Positions 1 through 10,423 of a stretch of 64,000 nt of DNA are shown piece by piece. The notes beneath the pieces are model-generated. The model did no database searches, was not told the origin of the DNA, and saw only the letters and a list, made by a program, of their open reading frames with translations. Source of the DNA: a virus. The stretch lies in the IMG/VR virus record IMGVR_UViG_3300045988_123818; one strand, 5' to 3'. Numbering within the stretch: the first letter of the stretch is position 1; each line of letters starts with the position of its first letter. The position numbers and the translations under genes were made by a program.

Positions 1-13
1 ATATAAGATTAAA

Positions 14-121
14 ATGACCTCGTACTACAAATATACAGAAGGTTATGATGTTTTTTGTCCTGAATGCTGCTATGAGCCTGATGTTATTAGAATAACTAAA
101 GGCGAAAACTTACAAAAATAA
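14..121 (+). CDS. small or 5-prime-truncated ORF (35 aa from the ATG), Cys-containing (CPECC)
   Basis: ATG at 14 and TAA at 119-121. The frame stays open to the window edge, so it may be the C-terminus of a longer gene. A hairpin terminator follows. Confidence 0.3.
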   Translation: MTSYYKYTEGYDVFCPECCYEPDVIRITKGENLQK

Positions 122-152
122 GTACAATATATTTTAATTTATACTAATTCTT

Positions 153-196
153 AATACGCAAACTTGGTCATTAAACTAAGTTTGCGTATTTTTGTA
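153..196 (+). terminator. hairpin terminator (13-bp perfect stem) overlapping a TAnnTTTG -7 box
   Basis: aatacgcaaactt (153-165) pairs perfectly with aagtttgcgtatt (178-190) and is followed by ttt. TATTTTTG at 187-194 lies 33 nt upstream of the ATG at 227. Confidence 0.55.
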
Positions 197-226
197 TCAC
201 AAAACCTCTTAAACCGTTTTCCTTGA

Positions 227-697
227 ATGACAAAAAATAATTACGATATTACCCGTTTGCAACGTGAGGCTCTTAGAAAAGCCTACTGTGATGTATGCAA
301 GCACTCCCGTCCGTGGAGTCAGCAAGACGCATACGTCAAGACTGCCAAGCATCCGGCTCCTCGTTATTATATCACGGCTAAAGAGGCTTACGAGAAACTT
401 CGACGCATGGCCGTTGGCGACAACTCTATTGTCGATGCTTTGGGCGATTCAAAACGTCGGCTCTACTATTCGCTTTTCGAGCGAATGAAGGAACTCTCGC
501 AGCGAAAGGAGTATGTCAACAAGTCCCTGTGGTTTCTGTGCCCTATACTTGTCTCGCTTCCGGCTCCCGAGTTCTTCTTGTCGCCACGCACGGTTAAAGA
601 TATATTTGTTAAGTACAGGCTTTATGGAAAGGATTTCCGACATCGTGAAGTGTATGGCAGTGGACGTAAAAGCAAAGCTACTGTTAACGATACTTAG
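227..697 (+). CDS. hypothetical protein (156 aa)
   Basis: Long ORF with a -7 box upstream. No motif recognised. Confidence 0.6.
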   Translation: MTKNNYDITRLQREALRKAYCDVCKHSRPWSQQDAYVKTAKHPAPRYYITAKEAYEKLRRMAVGDNSIVDALGDSKRRLYYSLFERMKELSQRKEYVNKSLWFLCPILVSLPAPEFFLSPRTVKDIFVKYRLYGKDFRHREVYGSGRKSKATVNDT

Positions 698-1136
698 TCT
701 CTTCGGTTCGCTTCCTTATAGAGGTATGGGGGTTCTGGCTAACGATAGCCTGATCCCCCACCTCACTTACAGCTTCCAACACGCCAACATTTGGCACATG
801 CTTGCCAATTTGTTTGTCCTGTGGAACATCAAGCAAAAGATGAATGTCGTGTCGGGCTTTTTGATTGCCGTAGCTGCGAGCTTCTTGCCTATGTTTACAG
901 ACAGGTCTACTGTCGGTATGTCGGGCTTGCTCTTCGCCATGTTCGGCATTATGTGGGGCAAGCGAGGCGACTTTAGAGGATGTCTTAAGGCTGGTATGCC
1001 CGTTATCCTTATAATGATGTTGATACCAGGCATTAATGGCCTGCTTCACCTTTATTGTTATTTGTTTGGTTACATTTGGTTTAAGTTGTTTTCATATACT
1101 AAGAAGGTCATTAGGTTAATAAAGAAAGGGTTTTAA
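654..1136 (+). CDS. minimal rhomboid-family intramembrane serine protease (about 161 aa, 6 predicted TM segments)
   Basis: HANIWHMLAN matches the TM2 signature H-x4-H-x3-N. GMSG matches the catalytic GxSG. LLHLYCYLFG supplies the TM6 His. The start is uncertain (ATG at 624, 654 or 726), and the ORF-track start at 513 overlaps the upstream gene. Confidence 0.75.
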   Translation: MAVDVKAKLLLTILSLFGSLPYRGMGVLANDSLIPHLTYSFQHANIWHMLANLFVLWNIKQKMNVVSGFLIAVAASFLPMFTDRSTVGMSGLLFAMFGIMWGKRGDFRGCLKAGMPVILIMMLIPGINGLLHLYCYLFGYIWFKLFSYTKKVIRLIKKGF

Positions 1137-1164
1137 TACTTTTATTCATATTTTATAATTAAGA

Positions 1165-1199
1165 AGAAGGCAGTCCGTGATGGATAGCCTTCTTTTTTT
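1165..1199 (+). terminator. rho-independent terminator between convergent genes
   Basis: agaaggc (1165-1171) pairs with gccttct (1187-1193), followed by a T7 run. Confidence 0.5.
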
Positions 1200-3861
1200 A
1201 TCTCATCTTTTCCGTAAATAGTGGCTGAAAATCCACAACCGTTCCGGCAAACGCATCCGTAGCAAGCATATTGCTTAGCTTATAACTTAAGGTGTAGTAT
1301 TTCCATGGCTTGCCGTGCAACGAATGTAGCTCACACCAGTTCCTACAATCGTTTGAGCCATATATACGTAGCGCTATCTTGCCGTTCGCCGTATCAAAGA
1401 GGTGCAATATCTGATGTATTGTCTTTAGCTGCAACGACGAACCTAACTTCAGAGGACGTGTCGTAAATGTTCCGCTATATAGTGTTGTGTCGTCATTGAT
1501 GTCTGGCTTCGATGTTAGTGATAGTACAGTCGCGTCATTGAGCTGTATGATGTTGTCGGGATAGTTATTCACCACAGCAATCACCTTTCCTGGCAACGAT
1601 GCCTTGGCGAAGGTTCCGTCATGTATCGAATATACATATTCATATTGCTCCTTGGGGTTGATGATATGCAGAAGCGAGTCACGGTAGTCGTACGCTATTA
1701 ACGAATCTCTAAGGTACCCAAGGAAGTCTCCATTGCCTACTTCAAGAAATTGCGACGGGTTGCGTCCTCGTAATTTGTCCGACACACAAGTCACCTTTCC
1801 TCCTGACACAGCCATAAGACCCTTGGCCGAAGCGAAGAATACAACACTGCCCGTTGGCGTTATCGATGCAGCATTGTTGCACACCTCGCGCGATATGGGG
1901 TAACTCGCTGCATACAATCCTTCCGAACTTACCGACATGCCATAAATGCCTTCCGTCGTGAAAACTAACAGAGGGTACTGGCCAAACTGTCCTTGTGATA
2001 TTGGCTCTGTGTTGGCTACTATGCCGAGTATGTTGCCCGTGCCTACTGTGTTGTCTCCTGAGGCTTGGAAGACAAAGGGATTGTTCACTATTGAGGTGAA
2101 TATCTGTGATGATAGAAACTCGTAGGCTGTTGGGTCTGGCGAAGGGCGGCTCACGTTCTCATTCGTAATCGTTGAATACAGAGGCAGTGTGCGGAATGCG
2201 TAGGCTCCATTAAGGCGCTCATGACGCTGTAGGGGTATACGGAAGCTTGCAGCGCTGTTTACGTCGTATACTATTACCTCGGTAGCATTCGTATCGGGAT
2301 AGTAGAACCATGAGTTGGCTACCTCTTTTAGTGTTTCTACCATGTCTGATACTACCCATGTGTCCATTGTGTCGCTTACGATGTGCACAAAATACTGCAA
2401 CCTGCAATCTCGCTGCACTATGTCCGAGTTGGCGATGAACGACGAAAAGCCTTTGAATGGATAACGCTTTACCCCAAAGAGGTTTAGTCGTTTGTTGTAC
2501 GTATACATACTCTCTGGTTTCATCGTTGTCCATCCGTAATAATCGTCTACTGACAGTTGCTCCTGTTGTAACAGTGCGCTCACTACTCCTTGCTTTATTG
2601 GCGCATCCTTCCATACTGTATTGTATATCTTATCTATCTTTACAGAGAATAGTTTAAAGAACTGTGTCTTTGCCAGCAACTCGTCTATTATCTCGTCCTC
2701 TGTCTTGAACTTTTTGGGCAATACAATATCTCTTGCCGGGAATGTCTTGAGGTTGAACACTATCTTCTTTCTTGCATTACCTCTGAATACAGCCTCGTCA
2801 TATCTCATTCCTAAGAAATCTACTACCTCTGTATTGTTTGTTTGTTCCGGATTCATGATGCTCCAATTGTCGTCTACATTAAAAGGTAGCACCTCGTCCG
2901 AAGCGAACACTACTATATCCTTCACTATGTCGCTCCACTCGTCTATGTCTTCTCCACCTACCTGATATTGCAGTTTTACGTACGAAGGACAATAGAGTAG
3001 TTTTAACGCCGAGCCTGTATCCTCCACTACCTCATGATTTTTCCATCCTACGGGCACAATGTAGTTGTTGCGTGTTATCGTAGGAAACACAGCCACGGGT
3101 GCCGATATACGTGCATAGGTACCGTCGAAAAGGCGTAGCGCAAATCGCACAAAAAAGGGGAATGCAAATGCGTTTTTCTCCTTGACAAGGTTTAGTATCA
3201 GGGATACATGGCCAGATATGGCTGTCTGCAAGTCGTCCACACGGTCGTCCTTTGGTCTGAATGTTTCGTATCTGGTGCCTGCTTCTAATGCGTTGCTACC
3301 AAGATGACTGAATGATCCGTCGTCGTTGTAGTAAGCACCAACAGTCGGATGGTCTACCAGGTAGTCTATGTCGCACAATTGGCTCTTCTTGGTTACAAGC
3401 GACTCGATGATAGGTGCTGAGGTTCGGAATTTTACCCTTGGCTTGGGCAACTCATTGCCAAGATATTTGTACGTTCCTCCTTTATATAATAGGTATGCTA
3501 AGCCTTTGTCTGTGGCCACAATAAGCGTATTGCCTACCGACGATATATTTTTAAGGCTTTTACCTATTGATATACCCTCTTGTTGGGTTTTGTCTATTGA
3601 CGATTTCTCGAAGTCTACTTTTGCAAACGTGATATTGCCCAACACCTCATCGTATAGAATGGCATTGCAGTAGTCTGGTCCTTTGTGTATGTAGACCACT
3701 TGGTTGGTAACGGTACCTGAAAGAGGGGAAGGTAATTGTATAGGGTGCATTTCGCCTGACTTATACACCATTCCTACCAACTCTACAAGTTCCGTATCAT
3801 CTGTCAACATTCCCGATGGCGATGTTGTTATTCCTTTTGAGTATGATAGCGATTTCTGCAT
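1198..3861 (-). CDS. large hypothetical protein (887 aa), probably virion-associated
   Basis: Uninterrupted 2.6-kb ORF tightly packed downstream of TerL. No catalytic motif recognised. Confidence 0.8.
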   Translation of the reverse strand: MQKSLSYSKGITTSPSGMLTDDTELVELVGMVYKSGEMHPIQLPSPLSGTVTNQVVYIHKGPDYCNAILYDEVLGNITFAKVDFEKSSIDKTQQEGISIGKSLKNISSVGNTLIVATDKGLAYLLYKGGTYKYLGNELPKPRVKFRTSAPIIESLVTKKSQLCDIDYLVDHPTVGAYYNDDGSFSHLGSNALEAGTRYETFRPKDDRVDDLQTAISGHVSLILNLVKEKNAFAFPFFVRFALRLFDGTYARISAPVAVFPTITRNNYIVPVGWKNHEVVEDTGSALKLLYCPSYVKLQYQVGGEDIDEWSDIVKDIVVFASDEVLPFNVDDNWSIMNPEQTNNTEVVDFLGMRYDEAVFRGNARKKIVFNLKTFPARDIVLPKKFKTEDEIIDELLAKTQFFKLFSVKIDKIYNTVWKDAPIKQGVVSALLQQEQLSVDDYYGWTTMKPESMYTYNKRLNLFGVKRYPFKGFSSFIANSDIVQRDCRLQYFVHIVSDTMDTWVVSDMVETLKEVANSWFYYPDTNATEVIVYDVNSAASFRIPLQRHERLNGAYAFRTLPLYSTITNENVSRPSPDPTAYEFLSSQIFTSIVNNPFVFQASGDNTVGTGNILGIVANTEPISQGQFGQYPLLVFTTEGIYGMSVSSEGLYAASYPISREVCNNAASITPTGSVVFFASAKGLMAVSGGKVTCVSDKLRGRNPSQFLEVGNGDFLGYLRDSLIAYDYRDSLLHIINPKEQYEYVYSIHDGTFAKASLPGKVIAVVNNYPDNIIQLNDATVLSLTSKPDINDDTTLYSGTFTTRPLKLGSSLQLKTIHQILHLFDTANGKIALRIYGSNDCRNWCELHSLHGKPWKYYTLSYKLSNMLATDAFAGTVVDFQPLFTEKMR

Positions 3862-3873
3862 ATCTGTTTTATT

Positions 3874-6012
3874 TTATATTGATGCCTCTGTCTTCACTCC
3901 GTCCGAATGTCCTCTCAGTCCTTCGTCTGTTCTCCACTTAGGCATTTCCATTTCATGTGTCGATACATATAGGGCTATGGCTGTTGACATCAGTACGTCG
4001 TCATGATTGCCCGAACCATCGATGTTTCCAAGCGAACCGTCCTCTTTCCTTTCGTAGATACGTAGCTCATGATACATTTCTGTGTCTGGCTCATGCCAGA
4101 GTCCATCATCCACAAAAGCCTCAAGGTTATCTATCAGCCAGCCTTTCGTTATTTTATTGGTCTGGAATCCATACTTGGCAAGCACATTGCCCGTCGTGTC
4201 CTCAGGCGACGAGCGCCTCTGGTACAGGTTGGGATAGTAGTCCGCTATCTCATTGATTATAGAGCCAAAGTGGTCGCCCTCGGTGTTGTTGTTCTTCTCG
4301 CGGTCGGCCGTGTTGCTCTCTATCACAAGCAGCGCATCGTCGTAATAGTGAGCAAGAGCTGCTGCTTTCCACGCAAGTACGTCATGTCTGCAATGTCCTC
4401 TGTATCGGGCTACCACACGTGGCTTATCCTTCATTGATGGCATCATGCCCATTCTGTCAAGCACGGTCATTACGGTATAGTCCGAAGTGGACGACTTGCC
4501 TCCAATATCCACGCTCACCACATATCTGTCTGCTACATGCAATATATTGTTGTTTGGCAAGCTCCATATCTTCAACTCGCCTTCTCCGTCTTCCCTTATC
4601 TTTATCTTTGCATTCTTTATAGCCTCCGTCGATTTCTCACCAGTGGTTACAATGTCTGCCATGTACTTAGGCTTCTTTACCTCGCCCTGCCTTAGGTCGT
4701 CTATTGAGTATGGGTTAAATACGAGTTTGCCCGAGTTTCTAAATGCCTCTTCCTCGTCGATAGGGGCCTCAGTCGCACAGAATGCGTGTGTCTTAAATTT
4801 GTTTCGGTAGTTTCTATACCAGTTGATTGCCTGGAAACAAGCTCCCTTTTCCCACATTCGCCAAAAGAATTTGCCTGTCTCTCTATATCCCTTGGGACAG
4901 GTTGAGCGGCCTTTGTTCTTTAGCAGCCACATAGCAAACTCCCTCTCGTCCTCCACTGGCTCCATGTCGTTCTCAATGATGAAGCAGGGTATGAAGATGA
5001 ATGCGTATGCGTCATTGTTCGATGGGTCCATTGCCAGTTGGCAACGGTCATAGAAGAAGCCCGAAGTTCCTCGTCCTGTTGACTCAAACACCTCTACGTT
5101 GTCTTCTTTGTTATGTATGCCGCCCGAAATTGACGAGATTACGCCTTCTGGGTCATGTTCTGGTGTCTTCTTCCAATATGCCACCTCCGAATAGTGAGCA
5201 CAGTGGAAGTTGTTACCACGCACGGCATCAAAGTTATCGAACGAGGCTACCGTCAGCGTCGAACGTCTCAACGCCTTGTTGCCATCTGTCACAATAAAGT
5301 CGTCGGGTGAGTTTTCGTATGGCGATAGCCTCAACTGTGTTCCTGGGTGTCCTATCGTCCATCCTTTCTGTCTTTCCACCGCCTTTCGGTACATCGCCTT
5401 AATCTTCTTCGATGTTCCTTTCACCTGCGACAGAACAATAGCGTTCCAACCGTCATGCCGAAAGTCTTGAATCCACTTAATATACAGCTGCGTCAATGTC
5501 GAGCCACCCCATTGTCGTGCCTTTAGGATTACCACACGTATTGCCTTTTTCTTGTGTCTCAGCTCCTCAAACAGATTGATAAGTCTTCGCTGCGGATAGT
5601 TAAGCCTGAACGGTATCATTTCACCTGATACCTTGTCCTCAATCTTATCCGTCACGAGCAATGCAAACTCTGGGTCTTCTCTGAATCTCACCTTGAATAT
5701 CTCAAAGGTCAGCAGCTTTCTTAGCTTCTGTGTGTCTTCCGAATCTTCGTCATACTCCTTGTGAAGCACTTGTATTAATACTTCTTTCATCGAGCCGAAA
5801 TGCTGTAGGTTTTTATACAGCAGGGTTCTCATGCACTCCTTCGGTACATACATCTTCGGAATGATGAAGTCTGGAATCTCAAGACATACTCTGTTCTTAA
5901 AATCATAACAACCCACACCTGTCCACGGGTCATACTCACCGAAAATTTCATCATATCGTTTCTTATTTTCGGCAAGCAATTTATCTATGTCAAGGTCGGT
6001 TATTGTCGTCAT
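3874..6012 (-). CDS. terL: terminase large subunit
   Basis: KARQWGGST resembles a Walker A motif. HYSEVAYW resembles Walker B. The RNaseH-like nuclease motifs VVSVDIGG and NHDDVLMSTAIAL are present. The 712-aa size fits. Confidence 0.85.
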   Translation of the reverse strand: MTTITDLDIDKLLAENKKRYDEIFGEYDPWTGVGCYDFKNRVCLEIPDFIIPKMYVPKECMRTLLYKNLQHFGSMKEVLIQVLHKEYDEDSEDTQKLRKLLTFEIFKVRFREDPEFALLVTDKIEDKVSGEMIPFRLNYPQRRLINLFEELRHKKKAIRVVILKARQWGGSTLTQLYIKWIQDFRHDGWNAIVLSQVKGTSKKIKAMYRKAVERQKGWTIGHPGTQLRLSPYENSPDDFIVTDGNKALRRSTLTVASFDNFDAVRGNNFHCAHYSEVAYWKKTPEHDPEGVISSISGGIHNKEDNVEVFESTGRGTSGFFYDRCQLAMDPSNNDAYAFIFIPCFIIENDMEPVEDEREFAMWLLKNKGRSTCPKGYRETGKFFWRMWEKGACFQAINWYRNYRNKFKTHAFCATEAPIDEEEAFRNSGKLVFNPYSIDDLRQGEVKKPKYMADIVTTGEKSTEAIKNAKIKIREDGEGELKIWSLPNNNILHVADRYVVSVDIGGKSSTSDYTVMTVLDRMGMMPSMKDKPRVVARYRGHCRHDVLAWKAAALAHYYDDALLVIESNTADREKNNNTEGDHFGSIINEIADYYPNLYQRRSSPEDTTGNVLAKYGFQTNKITKGWLIDNLEAFVDDGLWHEPDTEMYHELRIYERKEDGSLGNIDGSGNHDDVLMSTAIALYVSTHEMEMPKWRTDEGLRGHSDGVKTEASI

Positions 6013-6015
6013 GTC

Positions 6016-6387
6016 TTATAATCCTTCGTATTCTTTCAGTTCCTCATAGTCCGCATCCTCTATCTTCGGCACAGGCTCTGCCCCGATAGCTAACGGATCA
6101 TCTGTCTTTGTGGTCGATAACGCCACCAATTCCTGGAAGTCCTTGTTTATACCCACCGACACATCCACCTGCGACTGCTTCGGCACCACATGTTTCTGCA
6201 TGTCATGATACAGCAGCAACCAAGCTTTCGGGTCATGATCCGCAAGCTCCTCAAACAGCTCCTCAAACTTTTCCTGATTCTTCGATAGCAAATCACGGAT
6301 AAATTCCTTCTGTGCCTTCTTTCCTTTCGGCAACAGCTTCTTCCTGTTCTCCGACAAAAGAGGTATGTCGTCCAATGTCTTCACCAT
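6016..6387 (-). CDS. hypothetical acidic protein (123 aa), in the positional slot of a small terminase subunit
   Basis: Lies immediately upstream of TerL. The function is positional inference only. Confidence 0.6.
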   Translation of the reverse strand: MVKTLDDIPLLSENRKKLLPKGKKAQKEFIRDLLSKNQEKFEELFEELADHDPKAWLLLYHDMQKHVVPKQSQVDVSVGINKDFQELVALSTTKTDDPLAIGAEPVPKIEDADYEELKEYEGL

Positions 6388-6423
6388 ATATTTTCCTTTC
6401 CTTCGGTGTTACAACACCTCACA

Positions 6424-7029
6424 TCAAAACGGATTCAAGTGTTTCCTAATCGTTCCCGGCAACACCCTACTGCTCAGTTCTTTTATCACCTTCTCTCCGT
6501 CCTCCAAGTTTTTCCCCCTGTCTATCGTTCTCTGGTCTCTCGATGTTAACGTGTTGGAGAGATATTCAAACAACGCCCCATCTACCAAATACTTATGAAT
6601 GGCTTGCACCAACGCATCATACACCGTCGCATCCCAATAATCCGGCATCACCAGTATTATCTCTTTCTCCTGCCATTCTTTCAGTTCGTTCATTCTCGCC
6701 ACTCCTTCTGGTTTAGCCACATAAGCCGACAGTATTCTTTCCACCGACGCTATATATTGGTCAAACCATCTGTAGAACATTGGTCTGTGCGAGTCCGCTT
6801 CCGATGTTGTCACCTCAGTCTCTTCCTGTGTCTTCCTCGTAGCCTTGTCTATCAATGATGTCACAGAGTCCACATCAAACAACAGTTGGTCTGCCTGTAT
6901 GTAGATATGCTTTATGCTATGCCCGTATGCTCTCCTTGGTGGTTGTGGCTCAAGGGGGTTAGCTACTGGTATCCACCCTCTCTGTCTTGAAGCTACAAAC
7001 GGATGCAATTCCGAAAAATCCTTTTTCAT
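6424..7029 (-). CDS. hypothetical protein (201 aa)
   Basis: Long ORF in the packed virion operon. Confidence 0.7.
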   Translation of the reverse strand: MKKDFSELHPFVASRQRGWIPVANPLEPQPPRRAYGHSIKHIYIQADQLLFDVDSVTSLIDKATRKTQEETEVTTSEADSHRPMFYRWFDQYIASVERILSAYVAKPEGVARMNELKEWQEKEIILVMPDYWDATVYDALVQAIHKYLVDGALFEYLSNTLTSRDQRTIDRGKNLEDGEKVIKELSSRVLPGTIRKHLNPF

Positions 7030-7042
7030 ATCCTTTTTGTTT

Positions 7043-7831
7043 TTAGTAGTACTCCTTCGACACTATCACCGTAAACTCCACATACACATTGTCTGTATGT
7101 CGTGAGAATAGTCTTATCCTCGCTACTCCCGTGTTACGTGGCACAAGCTCAAATGTCATTGGTGCTCTGTAGCGCATTATCTCCACTATGCTTGGGTCTT
7201 CCGAGCGTGCTTCAATGTCGTCTACTGCTCCTGCGTCAATACTGTACGACACCGTGGCATTCTCGTCCACACGTATTATTATCTCGCCCTCCGCGTCTGT
7301 TCCGTCTACCTTTGCAGTTAGTGTTGTGGGATATTTTATTGTTGGTACTGTTGGTGCCGACAATACAAAGCAGCGTCTTATCGCAATCTCGTCCGCTGCT
7401 ACTGCCGACTGATACGGTGCTGCCTGGTTTAGGTTGCCCAACTTTACCCACCATTCGTAGCACATTGTGTCCTCTACAAACTTGGATACAAGTCTTGCCA
7501 ATGTGTCTGTTAGTGATCCGTTGTATCTTCGCGACACGTTTAGCGTGAACTCTACTATGTCGTTTGTCTTGTCGTTGTAGTATATGGCATTGTCGCCTAT
7601 CGTCTGTGCTGTAGGCACGTAGTAGTCTACAAAGATTATCTTTGCTTTTTCGAGTGCTGTTGTCAGGTCATGGTCCAATGTGCGCTCGTGCACCTCTTCG
7701 TCTCCTGCTATCTCGAAGTATGGCGTTTTCTGCCCTGGCTGTGCTGCCTCGTCTATCTTGCCTTTAAGATAGGTAGCTGCCTTTACAGCCTCGATTATCA
7801 CGGATTTTATTATCTGGAATTTTATTATCAT
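7043..7831 (-). CDS. hypothetical virion protein with a possible Ig-like C-terminal beta domain
   Basis: 262-aa ORF. The C-terminal 90 aa have an alternating beta pattern (ATVSYSIDAG...VYVEFTVIV) reminiscent of Big_2 domains. This was not verified. Confidence 0.65.
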   Translation of the reverse strand: MIIKFQIIKSVIIEAVKAATYLKGKIDEAAQPGQKTPYFEIAGDEEVHERTLDHDLTTALEKAKIIFVDYYVPTAQTIGDNAIYYNDKTNDIVEFTLNVSRRYNGSLTDTLARLVSKFVEDTMCYEWWVKLGNLNQAAPYQSAVAADEIAIRRCFVLSAPTVPTIKYPTTLTAKVDGTDAEGEIIIRVDENATVSYSIDAGAVDDIEARSEDPSIVEIMRYRAPMTFELVPRNTGVARIRLFSRHTDNVYVEFTVIVSKEYY

Positions 7832-7856
7832 GGTGACTTACTGTTTTTGTTTATAC

Positions 7857-8354
7857 CTATAGTTCAACCGAGCCCACACAGTCCGCAAGCGTCTTGTCCG
7901 CACTGCCTGGCGGTGTCTTCGTAAATATCAGTCGTGTGGCTGCAAGTAGCTGTGCCTGCACGTCCGTAGCATATTTTCCAGCAAGGTCTGGCAGTACCAT
8001 CGCCAATACCGATTGCGTTACATAAGCAATGAGTAGTGATTTCACACTGTCTTGTGCTGCTCCTGATAGTGCATCGTTGCTTCGGGTAGTGTTCACAACG
8101 AACGCTATATATTCTGCTTTATGTCCTCCGGGCTTCTTCCCAATTTCATACCCAGACAACACTGGCGATAGATTTGATGTCACAAGCTGCGCTCCGTCTA
8201 TTATGCATTGTCGCATTACCGTGTCTTCCACACTTGATAGTGTTGACACCGAGAACAGCGTGTCGCCCTTCTGTGTGCTATGGTGTTTTCCTATGATGGA
8301 CAGTTGCCGTTTTACGGCTTCTTTCACATCTTCAAGATATATGGCTATATCCAT
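7857..8354 (-). CDS. hypothetical protein (165 aa)
   Basis: ORF packed between the portal candidate and the downstream genes. Confidence 0.7.
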   Translation of the reverse strand: MDIAIYLEDVKEAVKRQLSIIGKHHSTQKGDTLFSVSTLSSVEDTVMRQCIIDGAQLVTSNLSPVLSGYEIGKKPGGHKAEYIAFVVNTTRSNDALSGAAQDSVKSLLIAYVTQSVLAMVLPDLAGKYATDVQAQLLAATRLIFTKTPPGSADKTLADCVGSVEL

Positions 8355-8371
8355 ATTTTACATTTTTGATA

Positions 8372-10363
8372 TTATTGCATCAAGTATCCTTGCGCTTGTT
8401 CTACTGCCTGTTGGTTTGCCTCGGGCACTACTCCGTTCTGTGGCGCTTGCTGCCCCATTGCCTCTTGCTGCGCCCTTAGCTCTTCCATATTACTCTGCAC
8501 GTCCTGCAGCAGCTTGTCTGCAAACGGCTCATTCAGGTTCTGTAGATACTGTATGATGTTGATGGCTCCCTTGTCAAACAACATGTCAAGCTTGTCGTTT
8601 ACGTTGTTCTGATAGGTGGCTGTGGCAGCAGCGTTCTTGATAGAAATCTTGAACATTATGTCTCTTGCGCCCAGTCTGTCATACTCTATCGGGTATGTGC
8701 TATCGCTATTGAAGATGGGTCGGCCGTCCTCATAGTATTGTTTTATCGTCATGCACTTCTTCTGTGCAATATTTTCAGTAAACGATTCCATGTCTTTCAG
8801 TATCGAGTAGAGCGAGGTTGAGGCATTCTGCGACTCTTGCGCATATCTCGAGGCCGATGTTCCAGCCGTTGGCGTCTTGCCTTGCAATGCGCCCGACACA
8901 TTCGACACTTCGCGCATCAGGTTCAGCTCCATCTGCAACAGCTCGTTTGTTCCAAGATTCACGGCGTTCGACGTGATAATGTCTGGCCTTGAGTTTGGCA
9001 GCGTTGCCTTTGGCGTGTAGAATATCATTCCGTCATACTCCGTCGCTTGCTCGGCAAACTCGTCTGGTGTCATTCCGTCCAATACCTGTGTAGGGATAAG
9101 CCATACACCCTTGGCCGACGAGCGTATTGCCATGTCGTTCATTATTATCAAACGGTTTATGTATCTCTGCTGGTCTATCACGTTTGCCATGAACGGATGT
9201 ATTTCTCCGTTGATGTACGGATAGAGCTTTATCGTGAATGGATGCGACTTAAAATCGTATGGCGTCTCTCCGCTACATAGCACGGTTCCGTCTGGTGCCA
9301 TAAACGTGTAGTACCAATACTTGTCTGCCACTTTCTTTGCCGTGATATAGGCTCTGTCTTCTGGCGGTACTCCCATCAGGTCATACTGCTCCTTTCTCTT
9401 CACATTCTTCGCGTTTAGCTCTGCTATCAACACTTTGTCGTCACATTCTATGCGGAAGTAGGCATCACTTTCGTTTTTCGCTATCGGGTCGTAGCATTGG
9501 TATCTGTATTTCGTTTCAGTCGTCCACGCTTCTATTACTCTCACGTATCGTCCGCGCTTCGACGGTATATCAAATGATATGTTCGACAGGTCGTTTGTGT
9601 CGTTGTGCATAGTTCCTTCCGTCTGACTGTCGTCTGGGTCTATGTCGAATATCCTGTTCAGGTCGTCTATACTAAGTCCGTACTCGTCTTTCGCAAATTT
9701 CTTGTACAGGTCGTTTATAGACTCGTCATGCAGCACGCCTATCAGCGACAGGTCAAGGTGTCTTGGGTCTGATCCTCCTTCCCAAAACACATAGTTTGGC
9801 TCTATGTAGTCTGTCCACGAGTCTTCTATCTCCTGTGTTCTGTCTTCGTATGTCTCTCGACACACCATTACTCCTCCTACAAGGTAGTCTTCAAGCGCGT
9901 GCTTCAACAATATCTCCATCTGTGTGTTTTGCCAGTTGCATTGCATAGTGGCAGACATCATATCCGAGAGTGACTGTGAAGAGCGTGTTCTTGCAAAGCA
10001 CACTGGCTCTGTACCTTGCTTTGCGTACATTCCCACAAGTGTGTTCAATATCGACACCATCACATTGTTCGACAACGGCACAGAGCCTTTTCTTTTCAGA
10101 TATTCTCTTTCCGTCATGTCATAGTAGTATCCGTTCTTGTACACTCTCACTGTGTCGCCCCATTGGTCGCCGTAGCAGTATCTCTTGGCCCTGTCTCTAA
10201 CCATACGCACAGCCTCCAGGTTGTTCCATGCCTGCCAACATCGCTGCAGCAGCTCATAGTCCGTCTTCTTGCCCGACTGTCTCTCCTTACGTCTCCGTAC
10301 GGTGTCAAACGTCTTGCCCGAAGTCGGCATTACACGTGATAAGGTGGGTATATTTTTCTGCAT
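8372..10363 (-). CDS. portal protein candidate (663 aa)
   Basis: Supported by size, by being the first gene of the operon divergent from scaffold and capsid, and by a Gln-rich helical C-terminus. There is no motif-level proof. Confidence 0.6.
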   Translation of the reverse strand: MQKNIPTLSRVMPTSGKTFDTVRRRKERQSGKKTDYELLQRCWQAWNNLEAVRMVRDRAKRYCYGDQWGDTVRVYKNGYYYDMTEREYLKRKGSVPLSNNVMVSILNTLVGMYAKQGTEPVCFARTRSSQSLSDMMSATMQCNWQNTQMEILLKHALEDYLVGGVMVCRETYEDRTQEIEDSWTDYIEPNYVFWEGGSDPRHLDLSLIGVLHDESINDLYKKFAKDEYGLSIDDLNRIFDIDPDDSQTEGTMHNDTNDLSNISFDIPSKRGRYVRVIEAWTTETKYRYQCYDPIAKNESDAYFRIECDDKVLIAELNAKNVKRKEQYDLMGVPPEDRAYITAKKVADKYWYYTFMAPDGTVLCSGETPYDFKSHPFTIKLYPYINGEIHPFMANVIDQQRYINRLIIMNDMAIRSSAKGVWLIPTQVLDGMTPDEFAEQATEYDGMIFYTPKATLPNSRPDIITSNAVNLGTNELLQMELNLMREVSNVSGALQGKTPTAGTSASRYAQESQNASTSLYSILKDMESFTENIAQKKCMTIKQYYEDGRPIFNSDSTYPIEYDRLGARDIMFKISIKNAAATATYQNNVNDKLDMLFDKGAINIIQYLQNLNEPFADKLLQDVQSNMEELRAQQEAMGQQAPQNGVVPEANQQAVEQAQGYLMQ

Positions 10364-10423
10364 ATTTCTATCTTACGTCATTGTCTATCAGCGCAAAAAT
10401 ACTCTAAATGACAGCGCGAAATG

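Noticed and set aside
513-653. The N-terminal extension of the rhomboid ORF (track start 513) and the alternative-frame ORFs at 264-488, 449-643 and 684-1049.
   Set aside because: The extension overlaps the 227-697 ORF and encodes Cys/Arg/Ser-rich sequence. The rhomboid core begins near 654. The other ORFs are shadows within the two supported genes.
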